Of a stretch of 55,292 nucleotides of DNA, positions 37,312 through 45,749 are shown piece after piece. The notes under the pieces were generated by a model. That model ran no database searches. It was given only the letters and a program-made list of their open reading frames with translations, and was not told where the DNA came from. Both the position numbers and the translations under genes were made by a program. Every line of letters starts with the position of its first letter. Positions within the stretch are counted from its first letter, which is position 1. Origin of the DNA: Desulfobacteraceae bacterium (GTDB lineage Bacteria > Desulfobacterota > Desulfobacteria > Desulfobacterales > ETH-SRB1); the NCBI GenBank assembly GCA_028571455.1, contig JAPVVG010000061.1, forward strand, positions 1 to 55,292, written 5' to 3'.

Positions 37312-37388
37312 GTCATTTCGAGCGAAGCGAGAAATCTTTGGCTTGTAACGTATTGAAAAACAAGATTTCTCCCTGTGGTCGAAATGAC
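37312..37388. repeat. palindromic element, second copy (inverted relative to the copy at 28760-28837)
   Basis: gtcatttcgagcgaagcgagaaatct pairs with agatttctccctgtggtcgaaatgac. It lies immediately upstream of fliF. Confidence 0.92.
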
Positions 37389-37420
37389 ACATTCGCTGAA
37401 TCCGACTTTTTACGAATTCA

Positions 37421-37711
37421 TCAATATTGCATATGCATTATTTCTCTGTATGCCTCGATAGCCTTATTCCTGACTGTAAGAAGCAATCGCATAGATATAT
37501 CAAATTTCTGAAGTCCTATCATTGACTCATGAATATCTGCATTTCCTTTCAAAAGATCAATAACAGATCTATCTGCCTCTTTTCCTAAATGATCGACCCT
37601 GCTGACGGCCTCTTTTATAACCTTGCCAAATTCTGCCTGATTTTTTTGCCTGACATTCTCAATATTTTTTACAAGGACTTGCTGCGGTTTTCCAATTCTT
37701 AGATCACTCAT
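37421..37711 (-). CDS. fliE: MS-ring/rod adaptor FliE
   Basis: 96 aa. The C-terminus MIGLQKFDISMRLLLTVRNKAIEAYREIMHMQ is typical of FliE. Confidence 0.9.
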   Translation of the reverse strand: MSDLRIGKPQQVLVKNIENVRQKNQAEFGKVIKEAVSRVDHLGKEADRSVIDLLKGNADIHESMIGLQKFDISMRLLLTVRNKAIEAYREIMHMQY

Positions 37712-37714
37712 CTC

Positions 37715-38140
37715 TTATCTCCCTATTTCAAGCGCTTTAAGGGCCATCTCCCTCACTGCTTTGATAGCCGCTATATTAGCCTCAAACGCCCTTCTTGCCG
37801 TAAGCATGTTTGTGTTTTCCACAATTAGATCCACATTTGGCTTGAGCAAATATCCTTCATTGTTTGCATCTGGATGAGCTGGATTAAATACCCTCTTAAA
37901 AGGACTTTCATCCTCGACAATATCGTCAATTTGAACTCCTTTAACCTCAAAACTCAAAATCTTGCCAAAGTCCAGCTCTGGTTGCTTTGTGCTCATCACA
38001 ACCATCTTTCTCCTGTAAGGTCCGCCTTTTTCCGTACGTGTTGTCTCAATATTGGCAAGGTTGGCGGCAATAATGTCCAGTCTTTTTCTCTGGGCGATGA
38101 GCCCGGAAACGCTTATATCAAAACATACCATAAAGTTCAT
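37715..38140 (-). CDS. flgC: proximal rod protein FlgC
   Basis: 141 aa with IIAANLANIETTRTEKGGPYRRK and the C-terminus MLTARRAFEANIAAIKA. Confidence 0.93.
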   Translation of the reverse strand: MNFMVCFDISVSGLIAQRKRLDIIAANLANIETTRTEKGGPYRRKMVVMSTKQPELDFGKILSFEVKGVQIDDIVEDESPFKRVFNPAHPDANNEGYLLKPNVDLIVENTNMLTARRAFEANIAAIKAVREMALKALEIGR

Positions 38141-38141
38141 C

Positions 38142-38546
38142 TTACCGTCCTCCCTCTCTTATGACCTCTTTGAGTATGGCTATCTTTCTCAAAAGGGTCT
38201 CAACTGCTGTTCTGTATATCAATTTATTCTCGGTCAGCTTTTTCATCTCGTTATCTATATTGACCCGGTTAATACCATTGTATTCACCTTCCTCCTCAAA
38301 TGGTTCAATCCTGTGTGCGGCGTTCATCCCCAAATCAATATGTCCGGGATCCGTCTTCATCAGATTGAGCTCACCACCTGCTTCCAATGCCCTGGCCATG
38401 GCGGTTTTAAAGTCAATATCTTTTGCCCTGAATCCGGGTGTATCTAAATTGCTGATATTGCCGGCTATAAGAGCATGCCTTTGTTGAGTTATGCTGATTG
38501 CGCATTCAAGTGCGCGAAACGTTTTGAACGTTAACTTATCCGGCAT
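38142..38546 (-). CDS. flgB: proximal rod protein FlgB
   Basis: The motif AGNISNLDTPGFRAKDIDF is present. I chose the ATG at MPDKL because AAGGGGA lies upstream. The ORF-track GTG at 38561 lies in that SD. Confidence 0.9.
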   Translation of the reverse strand: MPDKLTFKTFRALECAISITQQRHALIAGNISNLDTPGFRAKDIDFKTAMARALEAGGELNLMKTDPGHIDLGMNAAHRIEPFEEEGEYNGINRVNIDNEMKKLTENKLIYRTAVETLLRKIAILKEVIREGGR

Positions 38547-38567
38547 AATATTCCCCTTCACTACGTA

Positions 38568-38602
38568 GGTTCAGGGTTCAAAGGTTCAGGGTTCAGAGGT
38601 TC
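38568..38602. repeat. GGTTCAG/GGTTCAA heptamer array in the flgB leader
   Basis: The sequence is ggttcagggttcaaaggttcagggttcagaggttc. Confidence 0.9.
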
Positions 38603-38642
38603 TTTGAACATATTTCTGGATTCCCGCTTTCAGTTAATTTTA

Positions 38643-38658
38643 AGCAAATTACATGCCT
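38643..38658 (-). promoter_or_regulatory. sigma-54 promoter upstream of flgB
   Basis: The minus strand reads AGGCATGTAATTTGCT with correct GG-N10-GC spacing. It sits between the activator stop and the flgB start. Confidence 0.55.
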
Positions 38659-38662
38659 CTTT

Positions 38663-40003
38663 TTATTGTGTCTCCATCTTTTTTCTATACTCATCTAGTT
38701 TGTTTCTCAATGTACGCACGCTTATGCCTAAGATTTTCGCTGCATGGGTCCTGTTGTCATTGGTATGGTCAAGGGTGCGAAAAATAATATTTTTCTCCAT
38801 CTCTTTTAATGATACCACAGGCATAAAGGGATAACATGCATTTTCAGTCCGTGTATTTTTCTCGGTCATAAAAAGGTCGTCCTTATCTACTAATTCCCCT
38901 TCAGACATAAGAATCGCCCTTTCAATAATATTTTCAAATTCCCTTACATTTCCCTTCCATGACATTTGTATAAGCGATGTCATTGCCTCTTGTGTCAATC
39001 CTTTGACAGCCCTTTTATCTACCCTGTTGTACTTTTCAATAAAATAATTTGCCAGCAGAGGTATGTCGTCTCTCCTTTCCCTCAAAGGAGGCAAGTGAAA
39101 CGGAATAACATTCAAGCGATAATAAAGATCTTCCCTGAATTTTCCGTCCTTAAGCTGTTTTTCTATATCTTTGTTTGTGGTGGCAATAATCCTGAAATCC
39201 ACAGGAATGGGGACAATTCCCCCAACCCTGTCAATCTCCCTTTCCTGCAACACCCTCAAAAGCTTTGATTGAAGATGATAATCCATCTCGCTTATCTCAT
39301 CTAAAAGCAGGGTCCCGTGATTGGCTATCTCAAATTTACCCTTCTTTCTAACAAGTGCGCCTGTGAATGAACCCTTTTCATGGCCGAATAGTTCGCTCTC
39401 CAGCAAGGTTTCCGGCAGTGCGGCGCAGTTTATAGCTACAAAGGATTTATCCCTTCGATCACTGTAACGATGAATATATCTTGCAAAAAGTTCTTTGCCT
39501 GTACCGGACTCCCCCTGAATAAACACAGATGCCCGGCTGCCGGCTATCTCTCTTGCCTTCTGCAAAAGCCGGTTCATTTCCCTGTTTTTTGTGATTATAG
39601 TAAACCTTCCGTTTGACCTGCCTTTATCTGTCTCAGTCAAGTCATTGGATATCCGGGAGGTAATAATTTCTATCATTTTGAGTGTCAATGGCTTAACAAG
39701 GAAATCACTGGCGCCTAACTTCATTGCCTCTACGGCTTCCCTGACCCCGGCATTGGCCGAGGTAATGATAACGGGGAGGGATTTATTGAGTTCTTTTATC
39801 CTTCTTAACAGATCAAGACCGTTCATATGTGGTAAATTCAGCTCGATTATGACCAGGTCATAATGATCCCTGATTATTTCTTGAAGGGCTGACATGCCGT
39901 CTCCCGCTGTTGTAACATGATGACGTGATTCAACAAGAATCTTACTCATATTTGCCTGGTCATTCGCATTATTTTCAACCAGTAATGCCTTCTTCCTGCT
40001 CAT
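38663..40003 (-). CDS. sigma-54-dependent transcriptional activator with degenerate receiver domain (FlbD/FleQ-like)
   Basis: It has an AAA+ domain with Walker A GESGTGKE and GSFTGA, plus a C-terminal Fis-type HTH. In the receiver, the acidic pair is EN (LLVENN) and the phospho-acceptor position is Glu (LVIIELNLP). Confidence 0.9.
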   Translation of the reverse strand: MSRKKALLVENNANDQANMSKILVESRHHVTTAGDGMSALQEIIRDHYDLVIIELNLPHMNGLDLLRRIKELNKSLPVIITSANAGVREAVEAMKLGASDFLVKPLTLKMIEIITSRISNDLTETDKGRSNGRFTIITKNREMNRLLQKAREIAGSRASVFIQGESGTGKELFARYIHRYSDRRDKSFVAINCAALPETLLESELFGHEKGSFTGALVRKKGKFEIANHGTLLLDEISEMDYHLQSKLLRVLQEREIDRVGGIVPIPVDFRIIATTNKDIEKQLKDGKFREDLYYRLNVIPFHLPPLRERRDDIPLLANYFIEKYNRVDKRAVKGLTQEAMTSLIQMSWKGNVREFENIIERAILMSEGELVDKDDLFMTEKNTRTENACYPFMPVVSLKEMEKNIIFRTLDHTNDNRTHAAKILGISVRTLRNKLDEYRKKMETQ

Positions 40004-40027
40004 TTCCAAATACTATATCCTTTCAAC

Positions 40028-40296
40028 GGTTCAAGTCGCTTCGCTCCAGGAAAGAGAAAAGAGGTAAGAGAAAATAGGAAAGGCGCTCTATCCTCTATCC
40101 TCTTTACTCTATCCTCTTTACTCTATCCTCTTTACTCTATCCTCTTTACTCTTTGCTGGTTCTCCGACCTCTGACTTCTGACCTCTGACTTCTGACTTCT
40201 GACCTCTGACCTCTGACTTCTGACTTCTGACCTCCGACCTCTGACTTCTGACCTCTGACATCTGACTTCTGACCTCCGACCTCTGACTTCTGAGCC
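40028..40296. repeat. composite block: ggttcaagtcgcttcgctcc element, 14-mer CTATCCTCTTTACT x4, CTGACYT array (runs into TPR gene 3' end)
   Basis: This was read directly from the sequence. The junction ctttgctggttctccgac is conserved with 20381 and 42921 (reverse complement). Confidence 0.95.
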
Positions 40297-42797
40297 CTGA
40301 TTTCCCTATTAAAATTAATCTCTTCTATCCTCTCTTTAGCAAGATTACTCCAGAATGGATCGTCGAAGCTCGAGATCTGATCATAAAGCGCAAGGGAATC
40401 TTTCCTTTTATTTAACAGCCAATAGCATTGAGCAACCTTGAACTTGAGCGGAATTATATTTGCCTTATCTTTTGCCATCTCGATAGCCTGGTTAAAGATG
40501 GCAGCGGCCTCTTTGGGATAGCTGAGATTGAGATAGACGTCTCCTATCTCCTGATAAATGTAATCATGGACTGAGTCACAAGCTTCCTTTAAGCTATCTG
40601 CCTCCCTTACTGCCTCTAATGCCTTTTCATTAAAGCTGCACCTCGCCAACGCACCGGCCTTGTCCGTCAAGAGTATTGTTCTTTTGCATGGAGTTAAGGG
40701 ATATTTCAGGGCAGAAGAAAACATCTCCGCTGCCTGAACATATCTCTTTTGTGTCAAAAAAATACTACCCTTCAACCGGTATGCATATTGAGCGTATTTG
40801 TCAGACGGATAATTGTTTATCAAGAGGTTAAGTCTTGTCAGGGCGCTTTTGAGCTCTTCTTTTTCAGACAAACTCCTGCTCAAGAAAAAGAGAAGCTCAG
40901 GGGGTTTCTCTTTGTCAGGCAAAAGAGGATCAGCGATACTAAACATCTCTGTGGCCATGTTCTCAAGATTTAGATGTATGCATGCTTTTGCAATCATTAA
41001 AAAGGGTTCAGGAGAATCAATTTTTGAAAACAGTTCTTTTTCACGATCATAGATATTTATTATGTTAGCATATTTTTTTCTTTCCATATCCTTCTTAAGG
41101 ATCAATTCCATCGTGTTTTGCAAAATATATTTATACTCTTTTTTTAATGACGTCCGGGGATAACGCTTAAAGAACTTCTTTAAGGTCTCGAGGCTTTTGT
41201 TATAATCCTTTTGTTTCTGATATAAAACAGCAAGTTTGAACATGGCAAGCTGTGCCAGGGAATCTTTTTTATCTTTGCCAGAAGGATTGTTTATAATATT
41301 TTTATAAATTTCTTCGGGCTTGTCTATGTCTTTGCCTATTTTTACAGGAGACAATTCAATTATGTTTTCAACTATGCTTTCTGTCTTTAAGTTCCATTCT
41401 TCTTGTTGTTCTGCAAGCCTGATTATACTGATACGGGCGCCCTCTGTGTCTGGATAGCGTTCGCAGACCATCTGATAGATTTTTACAGCATCCTTGATCA
41501 GCCCATCATCTTGATAAGTATCTCCGATCCTGGTTAATATTAAATGGCTCATTTCTCTGTCAGGGCAGCTATTATAAAATCGAAACAGGTTTTCTCTGAC
41601 ACTGGCGTTATCTCCCAACTGGTAATAGATATCGCCAAGGCTTAGAGAAATCTCCGGGTACTGATAGATACTTTGAGGATTTGTTGTTCTAAGTTCAGAA
41701 AGAACATCAAGGGATTCATGGAAGGCATTCATTTCATAGAGGATCTTTGACATTTCTATCTTTGCTTCTGTTCTTTGGCGTATATCCGCATCTCTGGAAA
41801 CTACCTCTTTTAAAACAGACAGCGCCTTCCGCCTCCTTTTTTTCAGGTAAAAAATCTTAGCCTTCTGTATCATGGCGCTCATGGCACACAAAGCGCTTTT
41901 ATCTTTCCTCAAAATAAGGTTGTAATAGCCCATCGCCTCAGTGTAGCATTTGGTCTTGAAATACAGATTCCCAATGGCAAGCATGGCTCCCGGCACATAT
42001 ATGGATCTGGGGAATCTATTAACAGCATCCTTATAATGATTTCTAATATCGTTGAAATGAGTCGGAATAGAATCTGAATATAATTGCTCGTAAGATTTTG
42101 CCAGGAGAAAACAGGCCCTCTCTGTGTATCTGCCTGAGGGGTATATTTTGATGAAATGATTGAGCTTTTCAATTGTCCCGGACAGGTTTTGCTCCCTGTA
42201 TGCATTAAGGCCTTCCAAAAAAAGGGCTGTATCATCCTGACCGTCATCTACTTCCATTTGAGTAAGTTTTTTTTCAGGATCTTCCAGTTCTTTTTTTTCA
42301 TTGTTTATCTCGCTGTCCAGCAATGACAAATCAGAATTAAGCGCTTCCTCTTCATTCAACCCGTCAATCATTATAACTTCTTTATTTGTAATGATAACTT
42401 CTTTATTTGTAATGGCTTCTACTATTTTTTTCTGAGAGTCAAGCTTTGCAGGTATCTTGTCTGCATCTTTTTTTTCAGCCTCATTGCTGTTTTTTTCTAT
42501 CACGACTTTTTTATTTCTATCAAAGGCTACATACTTTGGCCTGTTTCTGACATACCCTGTAACTTGTTTAGTGGATATCTTGAGCCATCCTCCTATACCC
42601 CCTCTCTGGTCAAGGATAGTGACTTTTGTTCCTTTTTGAAGAATATCCACAACAGAAGAATCCCGGGAAGGCTCTTTTCTTACATTAAGATGCCAGCAAC
42701 TTACTTCTCCCTGCAACACAGCCCCATTATTGTCTACAGCCCCGGCTGAAAAAGCAGTAAACAGAAAAACAACGCTGGCAAACAGAATATATTTCAT
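40146..42797 (-). CDS. large secreted SH3b + multi-TPR protein
   Basis: 883 aa. It has a signal peptide (FSAGAVD), an SH3b-like segment (WHLNVRKEPSRDSSVVDILQKGTKVTILD..GWLKI) and many TPR-like repeats. It carries a perfect 21-nt in-frame duplication (42373-42414). The C-terminal ~50 aa are translated from heptamer repeats. Confidence 0.85.
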   Translation of the reverse strand: MKYILFASVVFLFTAFSAGAVDNNGAVLQGEVSCWHLNVRKEPSRDSSVVDILQKGTKVTILDQRGGIGGWLKISTKQVTGYVRNRPKYVAFDRNKKVVIEKNSNEAEKKDADKIPAKLDSQKKIVEAITNKEVIITNKEVIMIDGLNEEEALNSDLSLLDSEINNEKKELEDPEKKLTQMEVDDGQDDTALFLEGLNAYREQNLSGTIEKLNHFIKIYPSGRYTERACFLLAKSYEQLYSDSIPTHFNDIRNHYKDAVNRFPRSIYVPGAMLAIGNLYFKTKCYTEAMGYYNLILRKDKSALCAMSAMIQKAKIFYLKKRRRKALSVLKEVVSRDADIRQRTEAKIEMSKILYEMNAFHESLDVLSELRTTNPQSIYQYPEISLSLGDIYYQLGDNASVRENLFRFYNSCPDREMSHLILTRIGDTYQDDGLIKDAVKIYQMVCERYPDTEGARISIIRLAEQQEEWNLKTESIVENIIELSPVKIGKDIDKPEEIYKNIINNPSGKDKKDSLAQLAMFKLAVLYQKQKDYNKSLETLKKFFKRYPRTSLKKEYKYILQNTMELILKKDMERKKYANIINIYDREKELFSKIDSPEPFLMIAKACIHLNLENMATEMFSIADPLLPDKEKPPELLFFLSRSLSEKEELKSALTRLNLLINNYPSDKYAQYAYRLKGSIFLTQKRYVQAAEMFSSALKYPLTPCKRTILLTDKAGALARCSFNEKALEAVREADSLKEACDSVHDYIYQEIGDVYLNLSYPKEAAAIFNQAIEMAKDKANIIPLKFKVAQCYWLLNKRKDSLALYDQISSFDDPFWSNLAKERIEEINFNREIRAQKSEVGGQKSDVRGQKSEVGGQKSEVRGQRSEVRSQRSEVRGRRTSKE

Positions 42798-42809
42798 ACT
42801 GGTCTTAAC

Positions 42810-42825
42810 AGCAATTACTATGCCA
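42810..42825 (-). promoter_or_regulatory. sigma-54 promoter abutting the TPR/SH3 gene start
   Basis: The minus strand reads TGGCATAGTAATTGCT. The -12 C is at 42811 and the ATG begins at 42797, so the predicted leader is about 2 nt. Confidence 0.6.
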
Positions 42826-42835
42826 ATGAAATGAT

Positions 42836-43070
42836 CAGAGGTCGGAGGTCGGAGATCAGCCGTCTACGCAAAGCTACGCCGAGCCAGGGAGGTCTGAGGT
42901 CTGAGGTCGGAGGTCTGAGGTCGGAGAACCAGCAAAGAGAATAGAGAATAGAGCAAAGGGAATAGGGAATGGAGAACGGGGAATGATGAATAATGGTAGG
43001 GCCGTCCTGCGTGGCGGCTAATTAAGGGAACCAGCAACCCTGAACCCTGAACCTTGAACCTTGAACCCTG
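42836..43070. repeat. composite block in reverse orientation (GAGGTCR, GAATAGR, GAACCYT heptamers)
   Basis: This is the only block whose modules are the reverse complement of the others. It contains cagccgtctacgcaaagctacgccgagccaggg, which also occurs inverted at 53938-53971. Confidence 0.9.
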
Positions 43071-43113
43071 CAAAGGGGTGTGTCATTATTTTGACGGTGG
43101 ACGTTTGACGGAC

Positions 43114-44496
43114 CTATGCGGAGACTGCGTCAGCCATGTTCTGCTTTTTGATCTTCTCCACCAGGGTAGTCCTTTTGATATTCAGGAGTTTGGCGGCCTT
43201 TGTTTTAACTCCATCGCTCTTCTCCAGGGCTTCAAGAATGAGCCTTTTTTCAAAATTCTTGACAGCCCCGGAAAATGTTCCTCCTCTTTCAAGCAAATCC
43301 TCTTCAACGGGTTGGATTAAAACGCTGTTTTGCTGAAGATGTTCGGGAAGGTCATCAAAACCTGCCACCTGATTATCACAAAGAATTATGATTCTTTTTA
43401 CGAGATTTTCAAGTTCTCTGACATTGCCGGGCCAGTCATACATGAGCATTGCATCCATTGCAGCAGGGGAAAATCCTTTGATCCTTTGTTTCTTCCCGCG
43501 CTGAAGTTTTTTCAGAAAAAAATCAACAAGTAGTTTAATATCAGATTTTCGTTGTTTTAATGACGGGACTTTGATTGGAATGACATTTAATCTATAATAC
43601 AGGTCTTCACGAAAGGTTCCGTTGTTTATGGCGATTGTTAAATTCTTGTTAGTGGCTGCGATAATCCTGATATCTACATGAATGCTTTTTGTCCCGCCTA
43701 CTCTTTCAAACTTTCTTTCCTGGAGTACTCGCAACAGCTTTACCTGCAATGCCGGAGTCATTTCCGCTACTTCATCTAAAAAAATGGTCCCGCTGTTTGC
43801 CATCTCAAATCGGCCGATCCTAACTTTATGTGCGCCTGTGAAGGCCCCTTTTTCGTGTCCAAAGAGTTCGCTCTCAAGCAATTCCTCCGGGATAGCTCCA
43901 CAATTAATAACAACCATTGGTTTGTCATTCCGGCTGCTGTTATAATGAATTGCCCTTGCTATCAATTCCTTCCCCGTGCCGGTTGCTCCGGAGATTAAAA
44001 TAGTGCCGTCCGTATCAGCAACCTTTTCTATAAGGTCATATATTTTCTTGATGGGCTCACTTGTCCCGATAAAATTATCATATCTGTATTTCCGTCGCAG
44101 CTCCTTTTTAAGTCTGATATTTTCTTTCTCAAGACTTCTAAACTTGAGGGCCTTTTCAACAGAGACTAATAGCCTGGGAGCCGTTACAGGCTTGGTAATG
44201 TAGTCAAAAGCGCCTTTTTTTATTGCCTTAACCGAGCTCTTAATTGTTCCATAACCTGTGAGAATGATGCATATGGTTTCAGGTGAATTGGCCAGCACAT
44301 GCTCAAGCACCTCCATACCCCCGACGTCTGTCATCATGAGGTCCGTAATGACAAGATCATAACTATTACTCTCTAACTCTTTTATCCCTGACTCACCGTC
44401 AGGGGCGGTTAATGCTTCATAACCATTAGCCTTTAATATGTCAGCAATGACATTTAATACTACAGGATCATCATCTATAACCAGTACTCTTGCCAT
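43114..44496 (-). CDS. sigma-54-dependent response regulator (NtrC family, canonical receiver)
   Basis: 460 aa. The REC domain has VIDDD, DLVITDLMM and KPV. The AAA+ domain has GATGTGKE and GAFTGA. A C-terminal HTH is present. Confidence 0.92.
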   Translation of the reverse strand: MARVLVIDDDPVVLNVIADILKANGYEALTAPDGESGIKELESNSYDLVITDLMMTDVGGMEVLEHVLANSPETICIILTGYGTIKSSVKAIKKGAFDYITKPVTAPRLLVSVEKALKFRSLEKENIRLKKELRRKYRYDNFIGTSEPIKKIYDLIEKVADTDGTILISGATGTGKELIARAIHYNSSRNDKPMVVINCGAIPEELLESELFGHEKGAFTGAHKVRIGRFEMANSGTIFLDEVAEMTPALQVKLLRVLQERKFERVGGTKSIHVDIRIIAATNKNLTIAINNGTFREDLYYRLNVIPIKVPSLKQRKSDIKLLVDFFLKKLQRGKKQRIKGFSPAAMDAMLMYDWPGNVRELENLVKRIIILCDNQVAGFDDLPEHLQQNSVLIQPVEEDLLERGGTFSGAVKNFEKRLILEALEKSDGVKTKAAKLLNIKRTTLVEKIKKQNMADAVSA

Positions 44497-44658
44497 AAGT
44501 TTCTTTCTGTGGAGCCAATTTCAAAACGCCCCCTTTTGCCCGATCTCTACGTCAGTCTCAAATTTTAATCCTCGAAATACTCAATGTATTCCTGTGGTTA
44601 AAATTTTTACCTTCCTTGACATCGAACAAAATTGAACATTTTGAAACCGGCTCTGTGA

Positions 44659-45057
44659 TTATACATAATCCCCGCGATGAAACTTAAATACAGCCACATT
44701 TGCAATGACAGTCAGGTCTTTGATAAACTGCTCAAATTCACTGTCATTTTGGACCTTATCCGCAGCCTCAGCTTGGATCAGGCTCGCTTCTTTTTCAATA
44801 GTTTCCACTAAAGGCCCAATATGTTTTAGTGTCTTTTGAGAATCACTCAAATCTCTTGCATAATCATCCAAAAGGTTAAGGATTTTATCGCCATGCTCTA
44901 AGACATCGGCCTTGCCGCCAGGAGGGACAGGGGCGCCTGCTAAGTTTATTCCGGCAATCTTCTTGTCAAAAATTTGCCTGAATCCATTATCTTTATTAAC
45001 TTTATCGGCAAACCGCGGCTTTGCCTCGTATATAATATCTATTCCATTGATATCCAT
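44659..45057 (-). CDS. hypothetical protein
   Basis: 132 aa with no recognisable motif, located 19 nt downstream of cheY. Confidence 0.6.
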   Translation of the reverse strand: MDINGIDIIYEAKPRFADKVNKDNGFRQIFDKKIAGINLAGAPVPPGGKADVLEHGDKILNLLDDYARDLSDSQKTLKHIGPLVETIEKEASLIQAEAADKVQNDSEFEQFIKDLTVIANVAVFKFHRGDYV

Positions 45058-45076
45058 TTTTTAAACCCCCTTTCAA

Positions 45077-45454
45077 TCAACTGCCAAATACCTTCTCTAA
45101 TTTTCCACTTATGGTTTCTGCGGTAAAGGGTTTCACAACGTAATTGCTCACCCCTGCCTGGACTGCCTCTATAATATTATCTTTCCGCGCCTCGGCCGTA
45201 ATCATTACAAATGGTATGTCCTTTATTTCATTATCAGACCTGACCTTATTTAACAGCTCTAAACCAGACATTTCCGGCATATTCCAGTCACATAATATCA
45301 GATCAAATTTCTGTTTTTTCAGCATAGTTAGAGCGCTTTTACCATGATCAGCCTCATAAATATTTGTAAAGCCGATTTGCCTGAGGATATTCTTTAAAAT
45401 ACGCCTCATGGTGGCAAAATCATCAACAATAAGAACATCCATATTTAAATCCAT
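45077..45454 (-). CDS. cheY: chemotaxis response regulator CheY
   Basis: 125 aa, single REC domain: LIVDDFATMRRI, DLILCDWNMPEMSG, VVKPFT. Confidence 0.92.
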   Translation of the reverse strand: MDLNMDVLIVDDFATMRRILKNILRQIGFTNIYEADHGKSALTMLKKQKFDLILCDWNMPEMSGLELLNKVRSDNEIKDIPFVMITAEARKDNIIEAVQAGVSNYVVKPFTAETISGKLEKVFGS

Positions 45455-45466
45455 AAAATATCATCC

Positions 45467-45745
45467 TCTTGCTCGTTGCTCGTTGCTCGTTGCTCGTTGC
45501 TGGTTGCTGGTTACTCGTTGCTGGTTACTGGTTCTCTGACCCCCGCCCGCCATCGCTTCGCTCAGGCGAGGCGGGCAGGTCTGACTTCTGTTCCTTTTGT
45601 TTTTCATTCGATGTTGGACGTTCGATGTTCGATGTTGGACGTTCATCTTTTGCTTGTTTCTCGTTTCTCGTTGCTGGTTTTCTGACCTCCGACCTCCGAC
45701 CTCTGCCTGCCCGCCGTCCTTCTGGCGGGACTTCTGACCTCTGGC
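45467..45745. repeat. composite block incl. CTCGTTG/CTGGTTR heptamers, 112-nt element copy 1 (45536-45647), hairpin 45706-45731
   Basis: This was read directly from the sequence. Confidence 0.95.
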
Positions 45746-45749
45746 ATCT

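Noticed and set aside
45461-45646. Paralogous small ORFs MNVQHRTSNVQ[H/R]RMKNKRNRSQTCPPRLSEAMAGGGQR at 45461-45646 and 52449-52643.
   Set aside because: The similarity is explained by the 112-nt DNA repeat. Neither ORF has a convincing SD, and the sequences outside the repeat diverge immediately. I treat them as non-coding, although Ribo-seq could overturn this.
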